This document shows, piece by piece, positions 51,338-64,000 of a DNA stretch of 64,000 nt (position 1 is the first letter of the stretch; each line of letters starts with the position of its first letter). The notes below the pieces were generated by a model. The model worked only from the letters and a program-made list of their open reading frames with translations. It made no database searches and was not told the DNA's origin. Made by a program: the position numbers and the translations under genes. The DNA comes from Octopus vulgaris (Eukaryota), in NCBI GenBank assembly GCA_951406725.2, contig OX597816.1, positions 154,442,001-154,506,000 on the forward strand, written 5' to 3'.

Positions 51338-51708
51338 AAGGTGGCGAGCTGGCAGAAATGTTAGCATGCCGGGTGAAATGCTTAGCGGTATTTTGTCTGC
51401 CGCTATGTTCTGAGTTCAAATTCTGCCTTTCATCCTTTAGGGGTCGATTAAATAAGTACCAGTTACGCACTGGGTCGATATAATTGACTTAATCTGTTTG
51501 TCTGTCCTCTCTGCGTTTAGCCCCTTGTGGGTAGTAAAGAAATAGGTATTTCATCTGTCTTTATGTTCGGAGTTCAAATTCTGCTGAGGTTGACTTTGCC
51601 TTTCATCCTTTCAGAGTCGATAAATTAAGTACCAGTTGTGTACTGGGGTCAGTCTAATCGACTTCCCCCAGTCCCCCAAAATTTCAGGCCTTGTGCCTAG
51701 AGTACAAA
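51338..51708 (+). mobile_element. tRNA-derived SINE (family C) with a duplicated central domain
   Basis: ggtggcgagctggcagaa head; gagttcaaattc...gcctttcatcctttnggggtcgat..aa.taagtaccag occurs twice; a minus copy lies at 53620-53780. Confidence 0.85.
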
Positions 51709-51828
51709 GCCTCTCCTTTCCATCTCAGATATTTTAAATTTTACTTTGTTGTTGCTTAGCTCCAGAGTAGCTGGGGTTGAAGAGAACTGTGATCATAGAT
51801 ATTCAAACCATGACCATCTCTTCATTAT

Positions 51829-52151
51829 GAAGGTGCATGGCTTAGTGGCTGGGGTATTCAGCTCATGATCATAAAGTTGCGAGTTCCATTCCCAGCAGCA
51901 CATTGTTTCCTTGAGGAAAACACTTTTTCATATTACTCCAGTCCACTCAGCTGGCAAAAATGAGTAGTGCCTGTATTTCAAATGGCCAGCCTTTCCATTC
52001 TGTGTCACATTGAATCTCCCTGAGAGCTATGTTAAGGGTGTGTGTGTATGTGGAGTGCTCAGCCACTTGCACATTAATTTCACAAGCTGGCTGTTCCATC
52101 GATTAGATCAACTGGAACCCACATTGTCATAACCAATGGAGTACCTGTTAC
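51829..52151 (+). mobile_element. Full-length SINE family A with an 11-bp TSD
   Basis: A-box TGGCTTAGTGG and B-box GAGTTCCATTCC; TSD CTCTTCATTAT at 51818-51828 and 52152-52162. Confidence 0.9.
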
Positions 52152-52830
52152 CTCTTCATTATTAGAGGTATGTATGACCTGTCTGATTTGCCCTTTCTTT
52201 ATTTAACACTATAGGGTGTGATTTGAGAATAATTTGGCTGCTATTTCTAACAAGTTGAGTGACCTCATTGAGGCTCTCTCTGATTCTACTTGACTGTATA
52301 TACATATAACACTTCTTCATAACTCTGGCCATGATGGCCAAATCAAACTATACTACAACTAATAATTTTTGTCTCTGCCTGTAAAGCTGGTCTCTTCTTT
52401 ATCTCAGGGTACACCAACATCTCCTTTCTTGTTATTCCTTAATAACCCAGCATAAAGACATGCCATGTGATGTACAACCCATTACTATTAGCACTAAGAT
52501 GGATAGGTGGATATTGCATATTTGATGAATGCCCTTTTGTTCAATTACAGTGCCTAGCTGAAATCCTCTCTTGGAAAAATATCTGTAATAGACTAGTGTC
52601 CTTTTCCGGTTGAGAAATAGTTCTCAACCTTCTTTAGATTTTGGAAACTGGTATATACTCATGTTTACCAAAACACTTTTCTACAATTGCTGTAGATAAG
52701 AGAAAAGCATGAAAGCATATATATATACACACACACACATGTAAGCACTCACACACACACACACACATATATATATTTATATATATATATACACACACAT
52801 GAAAGCATATATATATATACACACACACAC

Positions 52831-53111
52831 ATTCGAGTGAGGTTGTTGCCAGTGCCGCTGGACTGGCTCCTGTGCAGGTGGCACATAAAAAGCCCCATTT
52901 AAGTGTGGCCATTGCCAGTACTGCCTGACTGGCCCTTGTGCCAGTGACACATAAAAGCACCCACTACAGTGGTTGGCGTTAGGAAGGGCATCCAGCTGTA
53001 GAAACTCTGCCAGATCAGATTGGAGTCTGGTTCAGCCATCTGGTTCACCAGACCTCAGTCAAATCGTCCAACCCATGCTAGCATGGAAAGTGGACGTTAA
53101 ACGATGATGAT
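52831..53111 (+). mobile_element. RTE 3' UTR fragment
   Basis: Subrepeats plus cccatgctagcatggaaagtggacgttaaacgatgatga. Confidence 0.9.
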
Positions 53112-53152
53112 ATATATACATACACACACACACACACATATATCAATTTATA

Positions 53153-53186
<34 letters not shown>

Positions 53187-54456
53187 TATTTTTTCCCTTG
53201 GTTTTAGACTGTTTTTTTAGAGGAAAGGGAGCCTCATTAGTTGAATGAAACCCTGTATGTGATTTAATTCAAGCCACTGGATTCTGGAAGAGTTAAAGAC
53301 AAAATTTGGACCCTTCAATATTTCGACTCAAAATGTAGTGGGATAAGATTATTCATGTTTATTGTTTGTAGCAGTTCCTGATATTGATTGCTTGCTGAGT
53401 CACACAGCTAATGTTTGTGAAAAAGAACAGTTGATTTAAATTTGTATACTATTGGTACTTATTTTATTGAACCAAGAGATGAAAAGCTGAATCTAACTTG
53501 TTCTGAACACAGAATTCAGTATGAAATTTAATCTAGTGTTTTGCCACTTTTGCTGTTTCATCCATTTCTCTACTTCTAGTAGACAAACAGCAATAATAAT
53601 GATCCTTTCTATTATGGACACAAGCCCTGAAATTTGGGGGAGGGAGTTAGTTGATTACATCGACCCCAGTGTTCAACTGGTACTTATTTTATCAACCTCA
53701 GTAGAATTTACTCTCAGAACATAAAGATGAAATACTGCTAAGCATTTTATCTGGCATGCTAATACTTCTACCAGCTCACTACTGTAATAATAATGATAAC
53801 AATAATAATAATAATACAAACAGGAAATCTCCCAGGAAAAAAAGGATTAATTAATCTGTGAAATTCTTGAACTTGTTGCTGCCACCTAACTGTATAAAAA
53901 GTAAAACAATGTTGCTCTTAGAACTGGAGAGCCAGTCATGCTGTTGTGAAACCTTTTAAAAAAAGTTACATTATTAAAGAATTGAAGCACAAAATCGCTT
54001 TGTCAAGTTTGAAATGCATAAAGCAGTACATCTTGATGAAAAGAGAAAGAAAGAAAGGGAAATAAAAATTGTTTTTCTTTTTCTCAAATTCATAATCTGG
54101 GAAAACATTACAGAGATAAGGATAATTGCCAAATTTTAGGTCAGAACACTTTGTGGTTGTGGAGACACGAAAGACTTAAATATTTGTTTTACGCAGGAAT
54201 ATTGACAGCTTTTATGGTACTCAATTTCTTTTGACTTGGCATGTTGCCAAGTTTTGTTTGGTAGGAGGTATAGCCACTCTCTTGTAACTTTGAACTCTAT
54301 GACAAGACATCTAGGTGTGTGGTTAACAAATTTGGTTTGCAACTGTGTACTTGTGTGTTCATTCTCTCTGCATGTCACCTTGGCATAATGTTGTCAATTA
54401 TAGTTTTTGGTTGATCAATATCATAAAAGAGGAAACTGTTGTACAGAAATCTACCA

Positions 54457-55880
54457 TTATCATCATCATCATTTAACATCTGCCTTCCATGCTAGCATAG
54501 GATGGATGGTTCAACAGGAATTCAAAAGTCAGAAGACTGCAGTAAGCGCTGTTGTCTGCATTAGCATGCTTTCTACAGTTGGCTGCCCTTCTTTATGCAA
54601 CCTCTAGCGTATACTGGGTGCTTTTTACATGGCATCAACAGCAGTGATGCCATCAAGTAACTAGCAAGACAAAATCCCTCCACAAAGGCATGAAGTAGTT
54701 TTGAGGGACAGAAAAAAGAAGCCTTGTATTAGAGGGGAAAAATGTTTAACTCAAGTGGAGAGAAAGAGGTGGTGAGGGGGAAGGGGTAAGTGGACTGGGG
54801 ATTGGAGAATGCGAGTGGGTGAGTGAATTCATGAGATTGTGAAAGGAGAATGATAGATTAAAGGTGGGATGTAATGAAGGAGAATAATAAAGGGTGGAAT
54901 GTAATGAGGGGGCATAGATATTGAGAGAGGGTATTAGATTATGTTGTAGGCGAAAAGATTCATCAGGGACATACTGTATGCAAGTGGGTACTTGATGGAG
55001 CAGGTTAGGGCATGCAGCAGGTGGTGAGCATGGGTAGAGGAAGAGAGTGTTATGAAGATGGGTTGTGGGGGAGGTTTGACAGGGTACGGATTGTATGCAG
55101 TGGGGAGGTGCAGACATGAATGACATACCTTTTTGGCCTCAATTTAACTTTGTTGGGTGAGTCTTCTCAAGCACAGCAAATTGCCAGTTGTTTAAGTAAC
55201 AGCCCATGTTTTGCTGCCATGTGGCATAGCTGTCTGTACACAGACATCATACAATCTGCTTTTCACTCTGAGGGAGAGGTCTTTTGTTACCAACAAAGGT
55301 AATAGCTCCCTGGACTTTGCCCGGCCTGTTCTTATTTTAGCAACTAGGCTTTCAGAGCAACCTCCTCCATTGCTAATTTGGTCACCTAGGTAATGTAAAC
55401 TATCTCCTTTTTCTAAGGATTCTCCTCGACATTTGAGGAAGTCTGTTTCCTGTACATTCTTGGTGTTTATTGTACCTGCATATCTGTGACATACAAAGAT
55501 TACTTTCTCTGTTAACCTTCCTGTGATACTGCTACACCGCTTTTGTGTCCATAGCTTTCACTGGGCATACTGTATGGAATTTCTACCTACACTTTTTTTT
55601 ACACATCAAGTATAGGCCAGTTTCTTGAAGGGATTAGTAATTTGTCTACTTTTCCTGCTTACTAGTACTTTGGTCTTTGCTAAGTTAACTATAATTTGAT
55701 TTAGTCCATGCATCCACACTTGAAATTTCTCAAATTCTAGTGGAAATTTAGCTACAAGAACAAGGTCATTGGCATAGAGAAGCTTCCCAGAACAACCAGT
55801 TGTAAATTTTGGTTACAGCCTGGAGGACATTGATAAAGAAGAGGGGACTGAGAACTGATCCTTGATGAACTACCTACACA
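54457..55880 (-). mobile_element. Degenerate RTE LINE (tail 54457-54680, RT 55125-55880) interrupted by purine-rich low-complexity sequence
   Basis: Minus strand HQGSVLSPLFF, LLYANDL and the finger region; (CAT)n tail. Confidence 0.8.
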
Positions 55881-55891
55881 TTAAATTTGTT

Positions 55892-56127
55892 CATTATTTA
55901 CATTATTTACATTTGATGGGTATTTGTCCTCATCTTCTTTGTTGTTAACACAACGTTTTGGCTGATATGCTCTCCAGCCTTCATCAGGTATCTTGGGGTA
56001 ATTTCGAATTTGGATTCTCATTCCTAAGGTATTTTTCGATGTTATTATTATTCAGGTCACTGCCTGGAATCGAACTCAGAATCTTGGGGTTAGTATCCCG
56101 CACTCTTAACCACTACGCCATATGCCC
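55892..56127 (-). mobile_element. Solo tRNA-head plus HHR element (SINE-like derivative of the PLE 3' end)
   Basis: Starts GGGCATATGGCGTAGTGG (A-box), has GAGTTCGATTCC (B-box), then the same pLTR and HHR as 8870-9095, and ends in (TGTAAATAA)2. Confidence 0.88.
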
Positions 56128-56439
56128 ACATATATGTACATACACACACACACATACATATATCACCATCATCTTTATCATCATCATCATTTAACGTCCG
56201 CCTTCCAGGCTGGCATGGTGATATGTGTATATATGTATATATAATGTGTGTGTGTATGTATATGCTGTTGTGGGATGGACAAATAAAACATGATTTCATT
56301 CCTTTATGTGGAGTTTGGGTGTGGCTTGGAATGGATTGCTCTATTTTTTATGTATTTCAATTACTCATGTAATGAACAACTTTGTTGATGAACAGGACTA
56401 CAAGACTCTGGAATAGATGTCCATATATAGAAATCCCAT

Positions 56440-56485
<46 letters not shown>

Positions 56486-56736
56486 TAGAAGAAAACTTAA
56501 GGCACAGAGGCTGAAACATGCTGTATTACTCCAATACAATACACAACATGCGCATACACAAATGCTTCCAGTCTTTACACCTAAAATATAAAGATTTTTG
56601 TTAAACTTTCTGCATTATTAGAAGCTTGCGTTTTTATTTTTTCTGTTTTCTACTTCTGTATTACAATGCTTCAAGTGAACTACAACACTATATATATATA
56701 TATATATAGTGAGAGAGAGAGAGAGAGAGGGGGGGC

Positions 56737-56885
56737 TCAGGTGTGGCTGTGTTGTTAAGAAGTTTGCTACCCAAACACATGGTTTTGGGTTCAAGTCTCT
56801 CACCATGGTACCTTGAGCAAGTAACTTCTACCTTAACTTCTGGCAGATCAAAGTGTTGTGAGGGAATTCGAAAGAAGCCTGCTGT
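56737..56885 (+). mobile_element. SINE family B, 5' half
   Basis: ggctgtgttgttaagaagtttgc...ggttcaagtc...ccttgagcaagt. Confidence 0.75.
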
Positions 56886-56913
56886 GTGTGTGTGTTTGCA
56901 TGTAGATATGTGA

Positions 56914-56959
<46 letters not shown>

Positions 56960-56962
56960 AGA

Positions 56963-57275
56963 TCATTATCATTTAATGTCAATTGTCCATGCTGGCATGG
57001 GTTGGATGGTTTGATTGGGCTGGCATGCTAGAAGGCTGCACCAGGCTCCAGTCTGATTTGGCATGGTTTTCAATGGCTGGTTGTCTTTCCTAATGCTAAC
57101 CACTCCGAGATTGTAACGTGTGCTTTTATGTACCACCAGCATGGGCGCCATTTGCTACATTTGATTCCTACTATGCCCAACTTTTCTCTCAATCCATTTG
57201 CATTTTGCCATACATGTGCACTGATGTTGCACATCCAACAGAGCATACAACCTTCATTTCTCTCAAGTCTATTCA
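56963..57275 (-). mobile_element. RTE 3' fragment with an internal deletion
   Basis: RLERNEGCMLCWMCN...LREKLGI joined to the 3' tail. Confidence 0.8.
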
Positions 57276-57409
57276 TGCCTGTGCCTTTATTTTTTTTCTT
57301 TACTAAAACATACAAAAGCTATGACTTTCTGTTTTCCTTTCTGCTTATAGAATGTAAATTTGGCATCATTAAATAATGAGAGTGTATCCCTGCTTTCTTT
57401 CTCAAAGAA

Positions 57410-57793
57410 ACAAGGCTCTGAGATTAAGAAGCTTGCTTTGCAATCACATGGTTTTGGTTCCAGTCCCACTGCATGGTACCCTAGGCAAGTGTCTTCTACA
57501 GTAGCCTTGGGCTGATCATTATCTTGTGATTGAATTTTGTAGATAAAAACCGTGTGGAAGCCCATCGTGTGTGTGTTTCTCCCCTTGTATTTATTGTCCC
57601 TCTTGTCACTTGACAGCTGGTGTTGGTTTGACTGTATCTCCATAACTTAATGATTTTGGCAAACGGGACTGAAAGAATAACTGCCAGACTAAAAAGAAAC
57701 AAGTACTAGAATCCATTTCCTCAACTAAAACCCTTTAAGGCAGTGCCCCAGCATGGCCACAGACCAGTGACTGAAACAAGTAAAAGATAAAAT
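57410..57793 (+). mobile_element. SINE family B, near full length, with a CR1-like tail
   Basis: Head, ggttccagtccc B-box and core; tail ggcagtgccccagcatggccacag...gactgaaacaagtaaaagataaaa. Confidence 0.85.
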
Positions 57794-58384
57794 ATAAATT
57801 AGGATTAGGATAGATTGACAGACAGATATGTAGGAGATTGATAGGAATTGGAGGGAGGGAGAGAGAAATAGATTGCAGGTGGCCAGCAAGTGAATCGGGA
57901 AGTTAGATGAGCCGGCAAAATGAACCACAAGAAAAGTGGTGGTCACTAGAACTGGAAACTTGAGATCTTTGGTTTCCTTGTCACTTTTCTTTCTTTGACT
58001 AAAATTTCTGATATTTTAGGAGAGTGACAAAAAGATAAAAAAATCTTCCTTTGCTTGTTTGTGAGCACATAAAACTGTGTGGCTATTAGATTATTTAGTG
58101 AATGACTGAATGAGTAGTCAGCAAATTGATGTTTTTCACATTTTTGTTTTTTAATTTCTTTATTTAAAAGAAATAAATATAATTGGTCTTGCATTTGGCC
58201 TGGCAATTAAAAGTCTGAAGAAAACTGTGTAGGCTTTCTACAAACTGCTAATTACCTAAGCCAAGATTGTATGGCTGAAAATGATCTAAATACAGTAATT
58301 ACGCAAACTCTAAAAGTATCTTGTTTTGAACAATGTGTACATGTGCATCAATGTATGTATATATGTGTGTGGTGTGTGCATACA

Positions 58385-58418
<34 letters not shown>

Positions 58419-59037
58419 AGCTGGTTATTAAGCTTTAAAGAGGGAAATAGGTTAACAAATTGTGTTGCCTAATTTTGTTAATTTTCTTTTTCATCTATCT
58501 TTTTGTTCTATTTTCTCTTCCCTTTTCATTAATAGAATCACATATTGGCTGGCTAATGCCAGGGTGATTATAATTCTGATTTACTGATGTTTAGATCATT
58601 GGTTCAATCTTTGCCTCAGGGCATTGCTTTGTAAACTTAGCTGAGACACATAACTTATTAATCTAGCTGAAAAATAAGTCTCAACTCTGCTCACAGTCAC
58701 ATGGAAGAATGGCTTGGTGAGTGGGGGGGAGGAATGCCTGTTGCTTAAGAAGTTAAAGGTAGATTGGCACTAATGTACTTAATATAGCAAATGAAGAAAT
58801 TTTAATTGCTTAAAATCACTTCATTAGTAATGAGAACACATCAATTAATTGAATGTCTAACTATGATCAATAAAAGACCACTTCAGAATTTTAAAATTTA
58901 AGTAATTAAAAATGGAATGCAGTGGGGAGGGTGAGTCTGATCTTTAGCTGTACTATAATAACTCCAAACAACTTTCTGTCTTATCAAACCTCATCAGTAG
59001 ATCATAGTTGAACCTTAACTGTAACTCTTACAATGGC

Positions 59038-59080
<43 letters not shown>

Positions 59081-60159
59081 TATATATTTGTGAATGTCTT
59101 TCCTGTTCTTGCTTGACCCCCCCCCCCATCAACAACATGCATAATAGTGGCTTGCAGAATCAGTAGAGCATTGAATAAAATATCTTGTGGTATTTGTTTA
59201 TATCTCTTTATGTTCTAAGTTCACATGCCACACACTCTGACTTCGTCTTTCTGTCTTTCTTCTGTGATCTGTATGATAGGAATTAGTTGAACTGGTGTTG
59301 ACTTTAATCTTTCAAAGTGGCCAAGAAAAAGAATATACATTTATGTGTGTTTTATATAATATTAAATATAATATTATACTTGTATCATGATAATTTCACT
59401 TGTGTTTTTCTATGCTGGTATGGACTAGTTGAGTCTTCTCTAGCACAACATCTCAACAATTATAGTGCATTGTCATCACCATCTTTGTCATCATCATCAT
59501 CATCATTGAAGTTCAGCATCTTTAGATCAGCCTTCATCACTACTTTCTATTTTTTACTTGCTCTTTCTCTTCTGAAGATACCTCTCTACTTGGATTGCTA
59601 GACACTTCTTCACCCAACTGTCCTTACTAGCCACTACATGTCTGTACCACAGTTGACCACACTTATGCTACTATTTTGTTTATGGTTGTTCTGGGTTTGA
59701 TTCTCTGTGTAGCACCTTGGACAGGAGTTTTTTTATTGTAGCTTTGGGTTGACCCAACTTTCTGAATGAAATTTATTAAGGCAAAACTGCATAGAAGCCC
59801 ATTGTATAAACTATATCTAGTAGAATTAATCTGCCATCTGGTTAACACTACCATCTGATGTTCGGATGCCTATAGTGGAGATCAGTCTGCTGCAAGTAGC
59901 CAGACTAGTTATTCTTCCCACTTTCTCCCACAGTATAAAGATCCAAGAAAACAATGTACACTTTCGTTTATTTTAATTAATATACATATTATAAAAACCC
60001 AGTATTGATCAGTTTGCAAAAAACTTTGTGGTTATTTAGATGGAAGATATCAAAATCTTACTTTTAATTTATTTTTTCTCCCTTTTAGTGTGAAATATTT
60101 AATTACAATATAGCTATAATATATTGGGTTAAATCAACTGTCTATTTTTTTTTTTGCTA

Positions 60160-61400
60160 ATCATCATCATCATCGTTTAACGCCTGCTTTCCATGTTAGC
60201 ATGGGTTGGATGGTTCAACTGGGGTCTGGGAAGCCAGAAGGCTGCACCAGGCCCAGTCTGATCTGCCAGTGTTTCTACAGCTTGATGCCCTTCCTAATGC
60301 CAACCACTTCATGAGTGTAGTGGGTGCTTTTTACGTGCCAACGGCACAGGTGCCAGACGAGGCTGGCAAACGGCCACAATCGGATGGTGCTTTTTACGTG
60401 TCACCAGCATGGAGACCAGACAAGGCTGGCAATGGCCACGATTGGATGGTCCTTTTTATGTGCCACCGGCACGGAGGCCAGTCAAGGCGGAGCTGGCTAC
60501 GGCCACGTTTGGATGGTTCTCTTACGTGCCACCGGCACTGGTATCACAGCTACAAATTCCATTGATGATGATCGATTACGATTTTGATTTCGATTTTTGA
60601 TTTTCACTTGCCTCAAGAGGTCTTCACAAGTAGAGTTTTGTGTCCCAAGAAGGAAAGGAATGCATAAGTGGACTGGCTACATCCCAGGTAGAGGCCAACG
60701 AGTTATGGCCTCACTTGTCCTGCCAGGTCTTCTCACGCACAGCATACTTCCAAAGGTCTCGGTCTCTAGTCACTTCCTTGGTGAGACCTAAAGTTCGAAG
60801 GTTGTGCTTCACCACCTTGTACCAGGTTTTCCTGGGTCTACCTCTTCCACAGGTTCCCTCAACCGCTAGGGTGTGGCACTTTTCGACACAGCTATCTTCA
60901 TCCATTCTCGCTATATGACCATACCAGTGCAAACGTCTCTCTTGCACACCACAACTGATGCTTCTTAGGTCCAACTTTTCTCTCAAGGTACTTACACTCT
61001 GTCGAGTATGAACACTGACATTACACATCCATCGAAGCATACTGGCTTCATTTCTTGCGAGCTTACGCATATCCTCAGCAGTCACAGCTCATGTTTCACT
61101 GCCATGTAGCATGGCTGTTCATACACATGCATCATACAATCTGCCTTTTACTCTGAGCAAGGGGCCTTTTGTCACCAGCAGAGGTAAGAGCTCTCTGAAC
61201 TTTGTCCAGGCTATTCTTACTCTAGCAGTTACACTTTCAGCACACCAGCCCCCGCTGCTGACTTGGTCACCTAGGTAACGGAAGCTATCAACTATTTCTA
61301 GTTTTTCTCCCTGGAATGTGGCAGAAGATGGTCTCTGCGTATTTTCAGTGTTTATTGCTCCTGAGCATCTGCCACATACAAAAACTATCTTCCTAGTTAG
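60160..61400 (-). mobile_element. Relatively young 5'-truncated RTE LINE
   Basis: 124-aa ORF ...ERRLHWYGHIARM...GRGRPRKTW; 3' UTR with subrepeats of about 63 bp; (GAT)n tail. Confidence 0.95.
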
Positions 61401-62579
61401 TACAAAAGCTATCTTCCTAATATATATATATATATATATATAAATATAAATATATTCTATTTATCACGTCTCTGTCTACCTGCATACCCACATACAATTC
61501 AAGGAAATAAACCATGGTAATAAAATAAACAGTAGAACATTCTTGTTAGTCATGATCAGCACACAGCTAAAATCATATTTTTCATAAATGTCAGGCCTCA
61601 CAGTCTTTAGTTTTTCGTCATGGCAACCACTCACATTTCATTCACATAGCCAAGATCACACTAAAAAGGTCAGGTTTTTTTTATTGAGATTTAGAAAATT
61701 ATTCAGCTTTGTAACAGCTGCTGACTCTGTTAGTAGTCACTGTTCTAGTACACTTACTGTACATTGGCAGATTGCAAACCACACCAAAAAAGATAGGGGT
61801 AAAAAGTAGCAGGTTTCTGATGGGCAAGTTTTACACTAAACAACATTCTGCAACCACTGGTTCACTGTCAGGGGTTGTTCTCTCCCCCTGTTTTATATAC
61901 TATAGTATTAGTCTTACTGATATTCTACTTCTCTGAATTTGTTGTCTGTATACCAAATTTTCTTAAATCCATTCACTGTGGCTGTCTCTCGTTTTTTTTG
62001 CCTATCAGACTATATATGTCTTATTCTACCAGACTGCACTAAAATCATTTTTTCAGTTTTTTTATTTTCTTTAGAATTAAAGCTTTTTGCTTCTCTTTCT
62101 ATACATATTTCATCATCCAATCGCTAACCTGCAGCAGAAGAAAAATGGTTTATGTAGCAATATTATTGGTTTACCATCTCATACAGTTGAGGTTAAGTGA
62201 ATGAGTGAATACAGAATTGAGACTGTATGATTATAAGCCATGAATTCAAATCAGTTGCAAGCATTTTATGTATGGACAGAATGCTTTATTCTGGGTTGCT
62301 TCAGCTCACCTAGCTTTTGAAAAGAGGTACCATGTATCTGGAAATGTTACCTGTAATGGACTACTATCTTATCCTGGTGATATTTATCTCTCATGCATTT
62401 AATGCCAATGAGATATGCATGGATAACTGTTTAAGATGTTTGAATCACAATTGCATATATCTGAGTTAGATCCCAGAGTGTGGCACCTTGGGCAAGTGTC
62501 TTCTACCATAACCTTGGGTTTGTCAGTGTTTTGTGAGTGGAAGTTGGGAGGTGAAAACTATGCAAAAGCTCACTATATA

Positions 62580-62959
62580 CACTTGCGTCAGAAATTAATT
62601 AGCACTTCTCAAATTTCTACATTAAATAGGTTAAATCAATTAACCTATGAGCTGTTCAAAACGTCTTACGCGATGAGAAAACTTAGTATGGTGTGATTTC
62701 GGTCCTTGCGAGGCGCTACCTATATCTATTAAACAAAGGAAGATTTGTCTGCATCCGCACTCCAAGTTGTTGTTGCACTGCTATGTCAACATCATAAGGC
62801 TGTAGACTCTCAAACTGCTCTGCAAACAAAGTTACGTCATCGTTCTGCACAACAGTGAACTCGCAACAAAGCAATAGTTTGAGATATGGCCACTAGGTGA
62901 CAGCACATACCTTGAGTGAAGAGCAAATCAAGGGTGCTAATTAATTTCTGACGGTAGTG
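62580..62959. mobile_element. Tc1-like MITE (380 bp)
   Basis: 26-bp TIRs CACTTGCGTCAGAAATTAATTAGCAC and GTGCTAATTAATTTCTGACGGTAGTG; TA TSD. Confidence 0.92.
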
Positions 62960-62989
62960 TATGTATGAATATACATATATATGAATTTA

Positions 62990-63051
62990 TGTTTGCATAC
63001 ATACCCACACACTCGCATGCATCCCTACCCACATACATACACGCACACCTA

Positions 63052-63087
<36 letters not shown>

Positions 63088-63402
63088 TACATACACACAC
63101 ATACCCACTTCAGACATACACACACACAGACATACACCCATACACCCACACTCACACGCACGCACACACACACACACACACACACCCACATACATACATT
63201 ACACTTGTATACGCACACACTTACATTCATACACACACACACCTACACAGCCATACCCTCACTCAGACACACACATCTACCTACACACACACAAACACAC
63301 ACACACACCCATACATAGATACATCTACACACTCACGCCTACACACATACATACACACATACATAAACACACACACATACACATACACACACATACGCAC
63401 AC

Positions 63403-63441
<39 letters not shown>

Positions 63442-63618
63442 TGCACGGACACACCCAGACATACATACATACACCTATATACACACGCCTACACACCTAC
63501 ATACACACACATATACACACGCCCACACAGCTACATACACACACATATACATACACACATACACGGACACACCCATACATACTTACATACATACACCTAT
63601 ACACACACGCCTACACAC

Positions 63619-63655
<37 letters not shown>

Positions 63656-63964
63656 CGCACATACACACACATATACGCACACACATATATATCCACACAC
63701 ATGCACACACACACACATACGCACATACATGCACGCATGCACACGCGCACACCTACACGCATACACACACACACACGCACGTACACATACATACATACAC
63801 ACACGCATACATACACCCATACACATACATGCATCCTACACACACATACATACACACTCACACATACTTACACACACACGCACTCACTCACACACCTGTA
63901 TGTTCGCGCACACACATGCACATACACACACTTCCCCACACCCACACTTACATACATACACACT

Positions 63965-63998
<34 letters not shown>

Positions 63999-64000
63999 CA
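62990..64000. repeat. Imperfect (CA)-rich microsatellite of about 1 kb
   Basis: Seen directly; runs to the window end. Confidence 0.97.

Noticed and set aside
56055-56127. Functional tRNA gene (ACT anticodon)
   Set aside because: The acceptor and arm pairing are broken, there is no poly-T terminator, and it is embedded in a repeat. Treated as a tRNA-derived head.

Overview
AT-rich eukaryotic DNA dense in repeats, with no protein-coding host exon that I can support. The repeat repertoire suggests an octopus or other cephalopod genome (inference): RTE LINEs with (GAT)n tails, tRNA-derived SINEs, Penelope-like elements (PLEs), Tc1/mariner, hAT and piggyBac MITEs, and long (TA)/(CA)/(GATA) microsatellites. 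Most long ORFs are TE fragments or microsatellite artefacts. A CpG-rich, nearly TE-free block at about 14.6-18.9 kb looks like an unmethylated promoter or intergenic island between CpG-depleted, intron-like flanks. The most notable signal is a set of minimal type-I hammerhead ribozyme (HHR) motifs from at least 7 distinct repeat families. They include compensatory core variants of the C3-G8 pair (G3-C8 inside a 283-bp near-perfect palindrome, and U3-A8), a tRNA-head plus HHR module found both in a PLE 3' end and as a solo SINE-like copy, a 354-bp retrozyme-like unit, and HHRs with long stem II hairpins. All folds and alignments were made by eye, and no activity or database match was tested.
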